Virus record (IMG/VR): IMGVR_UViG_3300044840_000109
Span: 1-64,000 of that record
Strand: one strand, 5' to 3'
Source: a virus
Lineage: Duplodnaviria > Caudoviricetes
DNA: 64,000 nucleotides
This document shows positions 26,152 to 34,979 of this stretch, piece after piece. The stretch's first letter is position 1, and every line of letters begins with the position of its first letter. The position numbers and the translations under genes are program-made. The notes below the pieces were generated by a model, which saw only the letters and a list, made by a program, of their open reading frames with translations, was not told where the DNA came from and searched no databases.

Positions 26152-26162
26152 CGCGATGCCGA

Positions 26163-27422
26163 TCAGGTGGTGGTGCCGGTAGCGGCGGTGGAGGCAGCGG
26201 CTGCGCCCTTGGCGTTGCCGGCCACGACGGTGAGCGAGTACGCGACTCCGGTGCCGGAGTAGGTCAGGACCACGGGCGCGGACGCGGGGTAGGCGACGGT
26301 GGCCTTGAGGGTGGCGCCGTCGAACAGCTTGTAGTAGTCCGGCGGCGGGAACGAGGACGAGATGGTGGGCGCGTTGATGACCACCGAGACGGTGTGCCCC
26401 GAGCCGTTGGTGGGGGTGGGGGCCGGGGCGACGCCGGGGATGGAGTTGGCCGGGGCGATGGTGAGGTTCAGCACGGGGGAGAACGCGGAGTACGCGGTGC
26501 CGTTGCTGTCCGTCTTGATGGCCCGAACCTTGAGCCGTACGGGCACCCCGGGGTGCTGGTAGTTGGGGGTGTTGACGGTGACCTGGGTGGCGGGCAGCGC
26601 GGGCTGCGCGACGGCGGCGTTGATTCGCACGTCGCCGATGTTGAAGCCGGGGTTGGCCGGGTCCATGGTCAGGTCGTCGCCGACGGTGTTGTTGTCCCAG
26701 ACCTCGTAGGTGGTGGCGCCCACGACGCGGTTCCACGTCAGTGCCAGGGGGCTGCCAGCGCCGGAGACGATGACGGGGACCGGAGCGGTCAGAGTCAGGC
26801 CGCCGGGCGCTCCGGGCGGGGTGGTGACGTTCTGCGTGGTGGTGGAGGTGGCCGGGGTGGTGACCGACAGGGACGCCGACTTGACGCCCGAGCCGACGCC
26901 GGTGACCGGGTCGCAACTCTCCAGCACGAACGCGTACGTGGTGGAGGGCACGATGGGTACCCACACGGGCGGGGTGGCGGAGGACCAGTAGCCGGTGACC
27001 ACGGTATTCGCGGACGGGGACTTGATGCGCAGCGAGGGGGCCGCGGTGACGCCGCCGACGTAGATGTTGGTCGCGCCCACGCCGATGTTGGCCACGCCCT
27101 TGGAGCCCTTGTTGGTCAGGTCACCGCCGCCGGTGGGCGACAGGGGCGGCATCTTGGAGCCGGCCGGGATGGCGCCCTGCAGGGCCTGCCAGAAGAGGTG
27201 GATGGCGCGCGGGCGTACCGCTCCGCCGGGGATGTTGGTGGCGGTGGAGTCCTGGTACCAGACCGGGGCGGTGAGCGCGGCCTTCTGCGGGTAGCTCGCG
27301 CCGGCGCGGTCCGACAGGCGCCCGGCCACGGTTTCCGGGGGGAGAGTGTCCAGCCCTACGGCGGTGCCGGCCTCTGCGGTGAGGTCGGAGTTTGTCTCAA
27401 TATTCCACTTGGTACCAGTCAT
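26163..27422 (-). CDS. virion-associated protein with Fn3/Ig-like beta domains
   Basis: Thr/Pro-rich; L.WN.V.GA..YEV; YSLTVVAGN.KG. Confidence 0.7.
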   Translation of the reverse strand: MTGTKWNIETNSDLTAEAGTAVGLDTLPPETVAGRLSDRAGASYPQKAALTAPVWYQDSTATNIPGGAVRPRAIHLFWQALQGAIPAGSKMPPLSPTGGGDLTNKGSKGVANIGVGATNIYVGGVTAAPSLRIKSPSANTVVTGYWSSATPPVWVPIVPSTTYAFVLESCDPVTGVGSGVKSASLSVTTPATSTTTQNVTTPPGAPGGLTLTAPVPVIVSGAGSPLALTWNRVVGATTYEVWDNNTVGDDLTMDPANPGFNIGDVRINAAVAQPALPATQVTVNTPNYQHPGVPVRLKVRAIKTDSNGTAYSAFSPVLNLTIAPANSIPGVAPAPTPTNGSGHTVSVVINAPTISSSFPPPDYYKLFDGATLKATVAYPASAPVVLTYSGTGVAYSLTVVAGNAKGAAAASTAATGTTT

Positions 27423-27433
27423 CGCGCTTTTCC

Positions 27434-27679
27434 TTAGCTGCCCGGGTAGGCGACCGGGCCGCCGGTGTGGGTGTTGGGCGTGGTGATCTTCCGGCCGAAC
27501 GCGTCGGTCTTCACCGGCGCCTCGTGAATTCCGTACCAGGTGTCAGCGAAGGCGTCGCGCAGGTCCGGGGTGGTGTGCTCGGGGAATCCGCCACGCTCGC
27601 GGATGCCCTTCTTGAAGGTGCCGTCGGTCTCGCCGGCCTGGAAGTCCAGGGTCAGCGGGCGCTGCTGTGCGTAGCTCAC
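27434..27679 (-). CDS. small hypothetical protein
   Basis: GTGA overlap; GAAGGG RBS. Confidence 0.7.
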   Translation of the reverse strand: MSYAQQRPLTLDFQAGETDGTFKKGIRERGGFPEHTTPDLRDAFADTWYGIHEAPVKTDAFGRKITTPNTHTGGPVAYPGS

Positions 27680-27795
27680 TTCTTCCCCTTCTTCTTGGCT
27701 GGCTTCTTGTGGCCCTTGTTGTCGCTGTCGCGGGCGTCTTCCTGCTTCTTGCTGAAGGGGAAATTCCCGCCCTTGGACTTCTTCTTGTCCGCCAT
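27676..27795 (-). CDS. 39-aa Lys-rich protein
   Basis: MADKKKSKGGNFPFSKKQEDARDSDNKGHKKPAKKKGK. Confidence 0.65.
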   Translation of the reverse strand: MADKKKSKGGNFPFSKKQEDARDSDNKGHKKPAKKKGKK

Positions 27796-27796
27796 A

Positions 27797-28036
27797 TCAA
27801 CCGCCCATCTTGGTGGCCTTGGGCACTGCCCGAGCCGGAGGCTTTGTGACGGGGCCCCTCGCGGAAGCCACGCCGGTCTTGAATTCGCTGGTCATTCCCT
27901 GAGCGCCGGGCGCCTTGGGGCTGAACTTCCCGGCGGTGCGCTGGTCCAGGCCGTTGGACTTCCCGGAGACCTTTCCGGAGACGTTGTCGCCGATTCCGTG
28001 GCCGCGGCGGTCGGTGGCGGAGGTGCGCTTGGGCAT
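27797..28036 (-). CDS. small basic disordered protein
   Basis: K/R/G/S-rich; follows TAA directly. Confidence 0.7.
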   Translation of the reverse strand: MPKRTSATDRRGHGIGDNVSGKVSGKSNGLDQRTAGKFSPKAPGAQGMTSEFKTGVASARGPVTKPPARAVPKATKMGG

Positions 28037-28330
28037 TTACATCGCCCCCAGGGCGGGAGTGGTGGATGCGGAGTAGCCGGACTGGCGCTGGGAGTAGTCC
28101 ACGCGCGACTCCGGGTAGACGTCTTCGAGGCGGGCGATGTCCTGGATTCCGATGACGTGCGCCCGGTATCCGAATCGCGGGGGAGTGCGGCCGATGTTGG
28201 GGATGGGCGGGCCCATGCGCCGGATGGCGTCGGTCGGGAGGTCCACCCATTCCTTGAGGTAATTGGTGACCTGCTGCTCGCGCAGCGTGGACCACGGGCG
28301 CGACTGGTAGACGCTGTTGGCCTGGTACAT
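28037..28330 (-). CDS. hypothetical protein
   Basis: TGATG overlap; MYQANSVYQSRPW. Confidence 0.7.
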   Translation of the reverse strand: MYQANSVYQSRPWSTLREQQVTNYLKEWVDLPTDAIRRMGPPIPNIGRTPPRFGYRAHVIGIQDIARLEDVYPESRVDYSQRQSGYSASTTPALGAM

Positions 28331-28881
28331 CACACCCACCCCGGCTTGAAGCGCATGAGCTGCGCGCGGCGCTGCTCGTCCACGTTCAGGTAGGGCGGGG
28401 AGATTTCCTGCTCGTAGACGCGAGCTGCGGTGGAGAAGCGGGCCTGGGTGGCGACCAGCGTGGTGGACTTACCATCGTTGACCAGCGGCGCGCCGACGCG
28501 GGTGCCCTTCTGAGTCCATTTCTCGCCGCGCATCTGCGCCTGCAGCGCGGCGGCGGGGTTGACCTGCTCGGTCCAGTAGTAGTCCGCCGGGTCGATGCGC
28601 TCGCCCTTGTGCACGCCGCGCTGGTAGGAGCGCTGGGTGGCGCGGTTGCCGATGGAGTTGAGCAGCCTGTCCTCGCGGCGCGTGCCGGCGCCCAGCGTTC
28701 CGAGATACCCGTCCGGGTACTGGGCGCTGGGGATGTGCCCGCTCTCCATGAGCCGGCGCGCGTCGAGGATGTCGCGGGCGCCTGTGAGGGGGTAGGTGCC
28801 GCCGCCCCCGCCGGAGTAGGAGATGCCGCCGCCGCCAGCGGGGACCTGGTAGGGCGGGTTGTAGGTCAGGTTGTTGCTCAC
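28330..28881 (-). CDS. hypothetical protein (probable virion)
   Basis: AAGGGG RBS, GTG start; YPDGYLGT...RREDRL. Confidence 0.7.
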   Translation of the reverse strand: MSNNLTYNPPYQVPAGGGGISYSGGGGGTYPLTGARDILDARRLMESGHIPSAQYPDGYLGTLGAGTRREDRLLNSIGNRATQRSYQRGVHKGERIDPADYYWTEQVNPAAALQAQMRGEKWTQKGTRVGAPLVNDGKSTTLVATQARFSTAARVYEQEISPPYLNVDEQRRAQLMRFKPGWV

Positions 28882-28885
28882 GGGA

Positions 28886-29053
28886 TCACCCCTTGGCGCG
28901 TGCGATGGCGTCGTTGAAGTTCGCGATCTGGCCGGCGCGGTTCTCGTCGTGGCGCACGGTGTCGAGCGCAGCCATGGGGGCCTTGTCGCCGGGCATCTGG
29001 TAGTCGGCGTTGGCCTGCGGGCCCACATGCTGGGCGGCGGCGGGGACGGTCAT
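28886..29053 (-). CDS. 55-aa hypothetical protein
   Basis: GGGAG RBS; MTVPAAAQHVGPQANADY. Confidence 0.6.
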   Translation of the reverse strand: MTVPAAAQHVGPQANADYQMPGDKAPMAALDTVRHDENRAGQIANFNDAIARAKG

Positions 29054-29054
29054 G

Positions 29055-29417
29055 TCAGCTCCCGTCGCCCATGCCCGAGCGGAAGTTGTCCTGGCTTCCG
29101 AAGGCGCTGGAGACCTTGTGCATGGACTTGCCGCTGCCGGTGGGGTCGGCGTAGGCGCGCGAGACGGTGACCACCCCGGCGGGGCCGTAGCGGTCCTTGC
29201 CCAGGGCCACGTTGCTGCGGTGGTTGTGGGGGCCGTCGCTGGGGTTCTGCGACATGGACTTGATCGTGGTGCCGTGCGTGGTGCCGTTGGTGGGGGTGAT
29301 CACGCAGGCGTGCGCGGCCTCGGTGCCCATGCCGGGGAACTGCGCGCTGCTCAGGGGGAGGTGGTGCAGTCCGGTTTCCTTGCCCTTGTTGGGCGGGCTC
29401 CAGTGCTGGTTCTCCAT
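29055..29417 (-). CDS. small disordered protein
   Basis: GAGGAG RBS; G/S/T/H-rich. Confidence 0.7.
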   Translation of the reverse strand: MENQHWSPPNKGKETGLHHLPLSSAQFPGMGTEAAHACVITPTNGTTHGTTIKSMSQNPSDGPHNHRSNVALGKDRYGPAGVVTVSRAYADPTGSGKSMHKVSSAFGSQDNFRSGMGDGS

Positions 29418-29544
29418 CGGGGGACTCCTCTACTCGGCCGGGACTCAGATGAATGGGAAGCCGAGTGGGTACCGAGTGAGGATCCGAATGAATTCGCGAA
29501 CGAGTCCGCTCCGAGTTTACGTGCCGCGCTGATTGCTGTGATAT

Positions 29545-29829
29545 TCAGGCGGTCATGACGCGGATGGCCACGCCCATGAGGTCCGTGTCGCGCTGGCGCG
29601 ATACCCCGTGGAAGAACGTGATCTTCTCCACCAGGTCGACGCCGTAGCTGATGACGAATGACTGCGCGATGGGGATGGCCTTGACCGCCTGGTTCACCGC
29701 GCCGGCGCCCACCGCCTTGAGGACGACCTGGTTGCCGTTGTTGATTGCGTGCGCGATTGCGCTGCCGAGTTCCGGGGGGGACGTGGTTGTCTTCACCCGG
29801 AAGACCGTTTCCTTTACCTGATTCTCCAC
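29545..29829 (-). CDS. spoVS: stage V sporulation protein S (Alba-like) homolog
   Basis: FRV...SP..LG.AIA; KAVGAGAVNQAVKAI.IA..FV...GVDL. Confidence 0.88.
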   Translation of the reverse strand: MENQVKETVFRVKTTTSPPELGSAIAHAINNGNQVVLKAVGAGAVNQAVKAIPIAQSFVISYGVDLVEKITFFHGVSRQRDTDLMGVAIRVMTA

Positions 29830-29884
29830 GAGTACGCTCCTAATTCCATATGGGCGGAGCGTACGGGTGAATAGTTTTTCGCTG

Positions 29885-30103
29885 TTATCCGTGCGGCTGC
29901 GTGCAGGAGCACCAGTCTACGGGGCCCCATGAATAACAGCTGCTGGTCATCCCCTCGGGGTGCTCGCACGGGACGAGCCAGAATCCCGCGGTGCAGCCGC
30001 ACCGTTCCTCGTCGTGCCATGCGGTGGTGGTGACGTTGCAGCGATCGCAGCGCAGGAATGGGTTGGCGAATTCGACGTACACGTGGGTGCGGGTGAAGGT
30101 CAC
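29885..30103 (-). CDS. Cys-rich small protein
   Basis: CDRC, CGC, PCEH, CY, CSC. Confidence 0.65.
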   Translation of the reverse strand: MTFTRTHVYVEFANPFLRCDRCNVTTTAWHDEERCGCTAGFWLVPCEHPEGMTSSCYSWGPVDWCSCTQPHG

Positions 30104-30657
30104 GCCCTCTTCTCCTTCATGATGGCGTCGACCACTTCCTGTTCGTATTTCAGTGCGGTCGCGCGGCTGCCGGTGATGGCGCGGGCGATTTGCATGAGTC
30201 CGTAGGCGTCAGCGAGGTCGTTGCTCTTGTATTCGACGCCCCATTTTTTGTAGACCTGCAGCAGCATGTTGTCCTTCGCCGCGGAGCCGGAGCCGGTGAC
30301 GAATTTCTTGAGAGCGCTGGGAGTGGCGATGTGCAGCCGCTCCATGGGCATGATCTCGGCCAGGACGAGCTTGACGACGCCGCCGAGTTCCCCCATCGTC
30401 TCCCTGTTGAACTTGGAGCTGGGGGCGTAGCCCTCCATGACCACGGCGCCGATCTCGAAGCGGATGCGGGTCTCCGCCAGGTACTGGTGCAGCGACTCGC
30501 GGATGGTCCGTAGGCGCTTGCCTCCGGTGCCGGCCTTCTTGGGGCTGAAGTCGAATACCTCGTCCTCGGTCCACACGTGCGCGTCCTGCTGGAAGTGCTG
30601 CACCATGGCGAAGTGGCTGTAGGAGGGGTCGATGCCGATATGCATGGTGTCGGTCAC
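30100..30657 (-). CDS. ruvC: RuvC-like Holliday junction resolvase
   Basis: IGIDPS; VMEGY; P..LKKFVTG.G.A.KD; DLADAY. Confidence 0.88.
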   Translation of the reverse strand: MTDTMHIGIDPSYSHFAMVQHFQQDAHVWTEDEVFDFSPKKAGTGGKRLRTIRESLHQYLAETRIRFEIGAVVMEGYAPSSKFNRETMGELGGVVKLVLAEIMPMERLHIATPSALKKFVTGSGSAAKDNMLLQVYKKWGVEYKSNDLADAYGLMQIARAITGSRATALKYEQEVVDAIMKEKRA

Positions 30658-30899
30658 TCGTAGACCTCGTTCTCAATGGTGATCCCCTCGACGGCGTGAA
30701 CCAGGTCGAGCCATGCGAGCAGTGAGAGCAACGTGTCGGAGCTGAGGCCGCCGTTGTCCCGACGCAGGTGGGTGAAGATGCGGCTGCTGTGGCATCCCGT
30801 CGCGCGTTGGACCTCGCGCCAGCTGACACCGAGCTGCCGGCGCTTGTAGTCCAGGAGGCAATACAGGGCCGGACCGTCCAGGCGATGGCTGGCGGCCAT
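30654..30899 (-). CDS. XRE-like HTH protein
   Basis: LD.KR...GVSWREV...G...FT.LR......L..LL.WL. Confidence 0.7.
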   Translation of the reverse strand: MAASHRLDGPALYCLLDYKRRQLGVSWREVQRATGCHSSRIFTHLRRDNGGLSSDTLLSLLAWLDLVHAVEGITIENEVYE

Positions 30900-31357
30900 C
30901 AGGTGCCCCACTTCGAGGCGCGCTGATCGGTGTCGCGCGAGGCGATGCGGCGGGAGAGTTCGCGCGAGAGGAACTGGGTGCGCATGCGGGCGTTCTCGTG
31001 CACCATCTCCAGGGCGTCGACCATCCCCTGTTCCTGGTCGTGGGTGCGCTGGGCGTCCAGGACGTCGGGGTCGATCTGGGCGGTGGCTTTCTTCGCCGCG
31101 ACTGTCTTGTCGGTGCTGCGGGCCTGCGCTACGGCGGTGCGGTAGGTGACCTGGTAGGCGGCTTCGCGCAGGGAGTGTCGGGCGACGGTGAGTTCGTGGG
31201 CCGCGTAGCAGGTCCACTGCGTGAAGGTGCCGAACAGACCCATGAGGTCCTTCTCCGACAGGCCGGTCACGTCGTCGGGGAGGTCGTGCATGTTGCCGGC
31301 GGGGCGGTCCTCCATGTCGAAGCCGGACGCTTCGAGGGTTTCCCAGGTCGCGTTCAT
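30899..31357 (-). CDS. helical protein, possibly UvsY-like recombination mediator
   Basis: coiled-coil pattern; position next to Cas4-like and RecA genes. Confidence 0.45.
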   Translation of the reverse strand: MNATWETLEASGFDMEDRPAGNMHDLPDDVTGLSEKDLMGLFGTFTQWTCYAAHELTVARHSLREAAYQVTYRTAVAQARSTDKTVAAKKATAQIDPDVLDAQRTHDQEQGMVDALEMVHENARMRTQFLSRELSRRIASRDTDQRASKWGT

Positions 31358-31521
31358 GCGTTCGTCCCATCGTTGGAGGCGCGCAGAGCTACCTCCGTGA
31401 TGTCGTGGCCCAGGGAAAGAGCGACGTCGGGCTCAATGGTGTAGAGCACGCCGTTCAGGTACAGAGTGACGAATTCGTAGTTGGGGGTGGTTCCGACGCG
31501 GTAGTCATCGTCCCCGATCAT
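31354..31521 (-). CDS. 55-aa hypothetical protein
   Basis: ATGA overlaps on both ends. Confidence 0.6.
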   Translation of the reverse strand: MIGDDDYRVGTTPNYEFVTLYLNGVLYTIEPDVALSLGHDITEVALRASNDGTNA

Positions 31522-32417
31522 GCGGCCATCTCCGAGTAGTAGAGGCAGCTCTTGCAGCCTGCGGAGTGGTTGATGTTGCAGACCGGTGGCGAGCCGAATT
31601 TCAGGGCGTCGGTGATGATCTGCGCGCCCTCGATGAGGGGCTCGGAGAATTCCTCGTTGTAGAGGAGGGTGAAGGCCTTGGCCTGCTGGTCGGCCTTGAA
31701 CTCGTAGATGAACGTGATGCGGTCCACCTCCAGGTCCTCGAAGTGCCGCGCGAGGTAGAGGTAGAGCTGACCCTGGCGCAGGGCGGAAGGCAGGGGCCGG
31801 CGGAAGTCACGCCACATGCGGGCGAGGTCCACGACGAGTCCGCGGCCTTCCATTTCGAGTTCGTATTTCGCCAGGAACTTGGGGTCCTCGTAGCGCAGGG
31901 ATCCCAGGCCGAGCGTCTTGATCTCGATGAGGCAGTTGTCGTCGGGGCAGTAGCCGTCGGTGCTGCCGCCGATGGTGAGGGCGGGGGCGTTGAGTTCCAC
32001 CTCGGCGTATTCCAGGTCCCGGCAGAAACACCGCGGGCATTGTTGCGGCCGGGCGTCGAGCCAGAACTTGTGCTTGCAGGACCGGCAGAGCCAGTCACCC
32101 GCCAGGCGGTCCATCTCGGTGAGCCATCCCTGCCACTTCTTGTGGGTGTTGTGGCCCTCCTGGAAGATGTTCTCCCTGGTGAACGCGGTGGTCTTTGCTT
32201 CGCCGCCGTTGCGCAGGAGCTTGTAGTACGCCGCTCGGTGGCACCATCCGGGCTTGACCATCTCGGATGGGTGCAGGACATCGGTGCGGCGGCCGTCGGG
32301 CTGGTAGGCCTTGGCGACGACGTGCTTCTGAATGTCACCGAAAAGAACCTCGGTGCTCTTGGAGGCTTCCAGGTAAGCGGCAAGTCCGGGGCCGGGCTTT
32401 ACGATGCTTCGAGCCAC
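31518..32417 (-). CDS. Cas4-like PD-(D/E)XK exonuclease
   Basis: HPSE...C; G...H; GSTDG...LIEIKT; Q.QLY; C...CKSC.Y. Confidence 0.85.
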   Translation of the reverse strand: MARSIVKPGPGLAAYLEASKSTEVLFGDIQKHVVAKAYQPDGRRTDVLHPSEMVKPGWCHRAAYYKLLRNGGEAKTTAFTRENIFQEGHNTHKKWQGWLTEMDRLAGDWLCRSCKHKFWLDARPQQCPRCFCRDLEYAEVELNAPALTIGGSTDGYCPDDNCLIEIKTLGLGSLRYEDPKFLAKYELEMEGRGLVVDLARMWRDFRRPLPSALRQGQLYLYLARHFEDLEVDRITFIYEFKADQQAKAFTLLYNEEFSEPLIEGAQIITDALKFGSPPVCNINHSAGCKSCLYYSEMAA

Positions 32418-32752
32418 AGGAGTTCCTCCGTGTCGGGTTGTCCTTCGGCGCGCCAGATCCAGCGCTCGGGCATTCCCGGGTAGCGCAGGCGCAGAGTGAG
32501 GCGGGCAGCGGGTGACATGCCGCCCCATATTCCGTAGTTCTCGCGGTTCTGCATGGCGGTGCGCAGGCATTCGTTTCGGCGCGGGCATATCTCGCCGTCG
32601 CGGCGGCCGTTGCAGAAGTCCATGGCGGCCTGGTCATTCTCAAAGAAAAGGTCGGGTCCGCCGTGGGTGGTGGAGTTTCGGCGGCACTTGGCGGCGCCGC
32701 GATGGTGCGCTTCGGACCAGTCGGGCGCTGGTACCTGGGGACGAATAGCCAT
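32399..32752 (-). CDS. whiB: WhiB family transcription factor
   Basis: four Cys (C...DLFF...C-X8-CP...C), GIWGG. Confidence 0.88.
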   Translation of the reverse strand: MAIRPQVPAPDWSEAHHRGAAKCRRNSTTHGGPDLFFENDQAAMDFCNGRRDGEICPRRNECLRTAMQNRENYGIWGGMSPAARLTLRLRYPGMPERWIWRAEGQPDTEELLWLEAS

Positions 32753-32754
32753 AG

Positions 32755-33069
32755 CTATTCCTCTTTCGTCTGCTTCATGTGTTCGAGGAAGGCTGCGTAG
32801 GAGATCGTCACCCACATGCGCCCTTCGATCTCGGTAATAAAAGCCATCTCGCGGCCGTCGAGAATGGCCTGCCGCTCCGCGAGTTGCAATGCGGCTCCGG
32901 TGAGGCGGAAGCCCTTGGTCGTGGTCGTCTTGCATTCGATGGACCAGGTGTCGTTGCGGACGTCGTTCTTGACGGCCCATCCGTTTCCGCTGCCCGGGGT
33001 GACACGCCCGCCCAGGTCCTTGGCGACGCGCTTCTCCTGGGTGCGGGAGGCGCGGACGCGTGGGTCCAT
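32755..33069 (-). CDS. Hjc-like PD-(D/E)XK resolvase/nuclease
   Basis: QE..VA..LGG...PGSG...K.DV....IECKT. Confidence 0.8.
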   Translation of the reverse strand: MDPRVRASRTQEKRVAKDLGGRVTPGSGNGWAVKNDVRNDTWSIECKTTTTKGFRLTGAALQLAERQAILDGREMAFITEIEGRMWVTISYAAFLEHMKQTKEE

Positions 33070-34124
33070 CAGGCTGCCTTCGTGGCGGCGTGCAGAATCT
33101 CGTCTCGCAGCTTGGCGACGAGTTCGTACTCCTCGCGCAGGGCCGCGATCATCTGCGGCTTGCCGTTCCACTTCTCGTCGCCGTAGCGGAACCACTTCGC
33201 GGCGGGGGTGGTGGGTTCGATGACGCCGTACAGGACGCCGAGGGCGACCACCTCGGCCACGCCGTCGTACTCGCCGGCCCGGAAACCGGAGGGGGTGTTC
33301 GCGAAATAGAAGTTCACCGAGGCGACCTGCTGGGGGGCCGCCGCCTTGTTTTTCAGGGTCTTGAGCTTGATGACCTGCCCGACGCGCTGCTTTCCCGCCC
33401 CGTCGGCGCGGGCCTCGTCCAGCCACTCGGTGCGCTTGACTTCCACGCGGCAGTAATAGGCGTAGTCCTTGGCGTGTCCGCCCGGTGTCACCTGGGGGAC
33501 CATGCCGTGGAACACGGGTGATCCGATCTTGTCCCGGTATTGGTTGATGATCAGACCGAGGAAGGGGCGCTCCTGCGTAATCATGGAGCGTGCGGTAGGG
33601 CCTCCGACTTTGCGGAAGAATTTTCCGGTGAGCCTGGCGCCGACGGATATGGTGGCCTCTCCCATTTCCTTGGCGGCCTCGTCGTCGGGGACCAGCGCGG
33701 GGTAGGAGTCCAGGACCACGCAGTCGACCGCGCGGGAGTCCGCGGCCTTGATCATCGCGGTGTAGGCGTCCTCCATTGCGTTGGTGACGTGCACGATCAC
33801 CCGTGAGGTGTCGACGCCCAGGGTGGTGGCCCACTCCGCGTCGTATCCCTCGGCCGCGACCCACAGCACCGTGTAGTCGGGGTCGCGCTGCTGGTTGGCG
33901 GCGACCGTCTTGTGGACGATGGTGGTTTTTCCGCTGGATTCCGTGCCGACGATCTCGTGCCACTGGTTCCCGGGCCAGCCACCGCCGAGCATGACGTCGA
34001 GCGAGAGGGATCCGGTGGGAAAGCGGGGGACGGTGGGCATATCCGAGGCCATTACGAAGACCCCGTCGCCTGCTTGCTTGTTGAGTTGCGCCATAAGCGC
34101 ACGGGCATCTTCGCGCAGTGCCAT
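33069..34124 (-). CDS. recA: RecA/UvsX-like recombinase
   Basis: TGSLSLD..LGGG; G.ESSGKTT; VLDS..AL; INQ.R.KIG; PGG. Confidence 0.93.
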   Translation of the reverse strand: MALREDARALMAQLNKQAGDGVFVMASDMPTVPRFPTGSLSLDVMLGGGWPGNQWHEIVGTESSGKTTIVHKTVAANQQRDPDYTVLWVAAEGYDAEWATTLGVDTSRVIVHVTNAMEDAYTAMIKAADSRAVDCVVLDSYPALVPDDEAAKEMGEATISVGARLTGKFFRKVGGPTARSMITQERPFLGLIINQYRDKIGSPVFHGMVPQVTPGGHAKDYAYYCRVEVKRTEWLDEARADGAGKQRVGQVIKLKTLKNKAAAPQQVASVNFYFANTPSGFRAGEYDGVAEVVALGVLYGVIEPTTPAAKWFRYGDEKWNGKPQMIAALREEYELVAKLRDEILHAATKAA

Positions 34125-34263
34125 GGAGGTCCCTCTGCCGAGTGCGAGCCGAGGGGTCTTACGTTAGGAACTTCAGAAAATCGCGCATATCAGCCGAACG
34201 GGTGCGCAAATAAAAGAGGCCCCGCTCGCGCATGGGATCACGGGCGGGGACTTGGTGCTTACT

Positions 34264-34707
34264 CTATTCGATTCTCCCGATGATGGTTTTCGGGAAAAAC
34301 CCGCCGCGGAGCTGACCCAGCGCGGCGCGAGCCGGAGCGGAGGCGGAGTCCTGAGTGCGCATGGCCGACATGCCGGCGGTGGAGTGCTGGGCGCGGTCCA
34401 GGCCGTAGTTGCAGTCGAAGCAGCGCAGGGGGGAGTTGGACGTGCCGCGCCCGTAGTTGCCGCTGCCGCACATGGGGCAGGTGTCGTGCAGGTGGGCCGA
34501 GGGTGCCAGGCGCTGGGGGATGGCGGTGGCGGTCAGCGGGTGCACGTCCAGCGGGCCGGGCGGCGCCGGGGTGGGCTGCGTGGCCAGGCCGGCGGTGGCG
34601 TAGGTCGGCTGCTGCCACCAGGGGATGCCGGCGGGGGGTGCTTCGTAGGAGGCGGCCGGGGCGGCGGGTTGCACGCCCGCGAGCTTCCTGGACCAGAAAT
34701 CGCTCAT
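34264..34707 (-). CDS. Zn-ribbon protein
   Basis: W..KL; CPMCGSGNY...CFDCNY. Confidence 0.75.
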   Translation of the reverse strand: MSDFWSRKLAGVQPAAPAASYEAPPAGIPWWQQPTYATAGLATQPTPAPPGPLDVHPLTATAIPQRLAPSAHLHDTCPMCGSGNYGRGTSNSPLRCFDCNYGLDRAQHSTAGMSAMRTQDSASAPARAALGQLRGGFFPKTIIGRIE

Positions 34708-34979
34708 GGCTGGTGTACCTCCCGCAGTGCGTCGGTGACCTCTTCGTCGGTGAAAATGTGGGCGCAGCCGAAGTCGTGGCAGACCCCCACCCACTCACCT
34801 CCGTTGGCGGTGACCCACGCGGCGTCGTCGCCCTCGCCGCAGTGGACGCGCAGCGCACCGTTGTTGCCCCACTGGAGTCGGGCGCCGCCGATGTCCATGA
34901 TGATTTTCGCGTGTGTTTCGGAGTCGGTGGGGTCGTAGCGGTGCAGCTCGTAGTACTGGGGGATGGTGACGAACATCAT
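34704..34979 (-). CDS. hypothetical protein
   Basis: GGAGG RBS; ATGA overlaps. Confidence 0.7.
   Translation of the reverse strand: MMFVTIPQYYELHRYDPTDSETHAKIIMDIGGARLQWGNNGALRVHCGEGDDAAWVTANGGEWVGVCHDFGCAHIFTDEEVTDALREVHQP

Noticed and set aside
31518-32417. CRISPR-Cas system
   Set aside because: Solo Cas4-like nuclease in a recombination block; no array or other cas genes seen.
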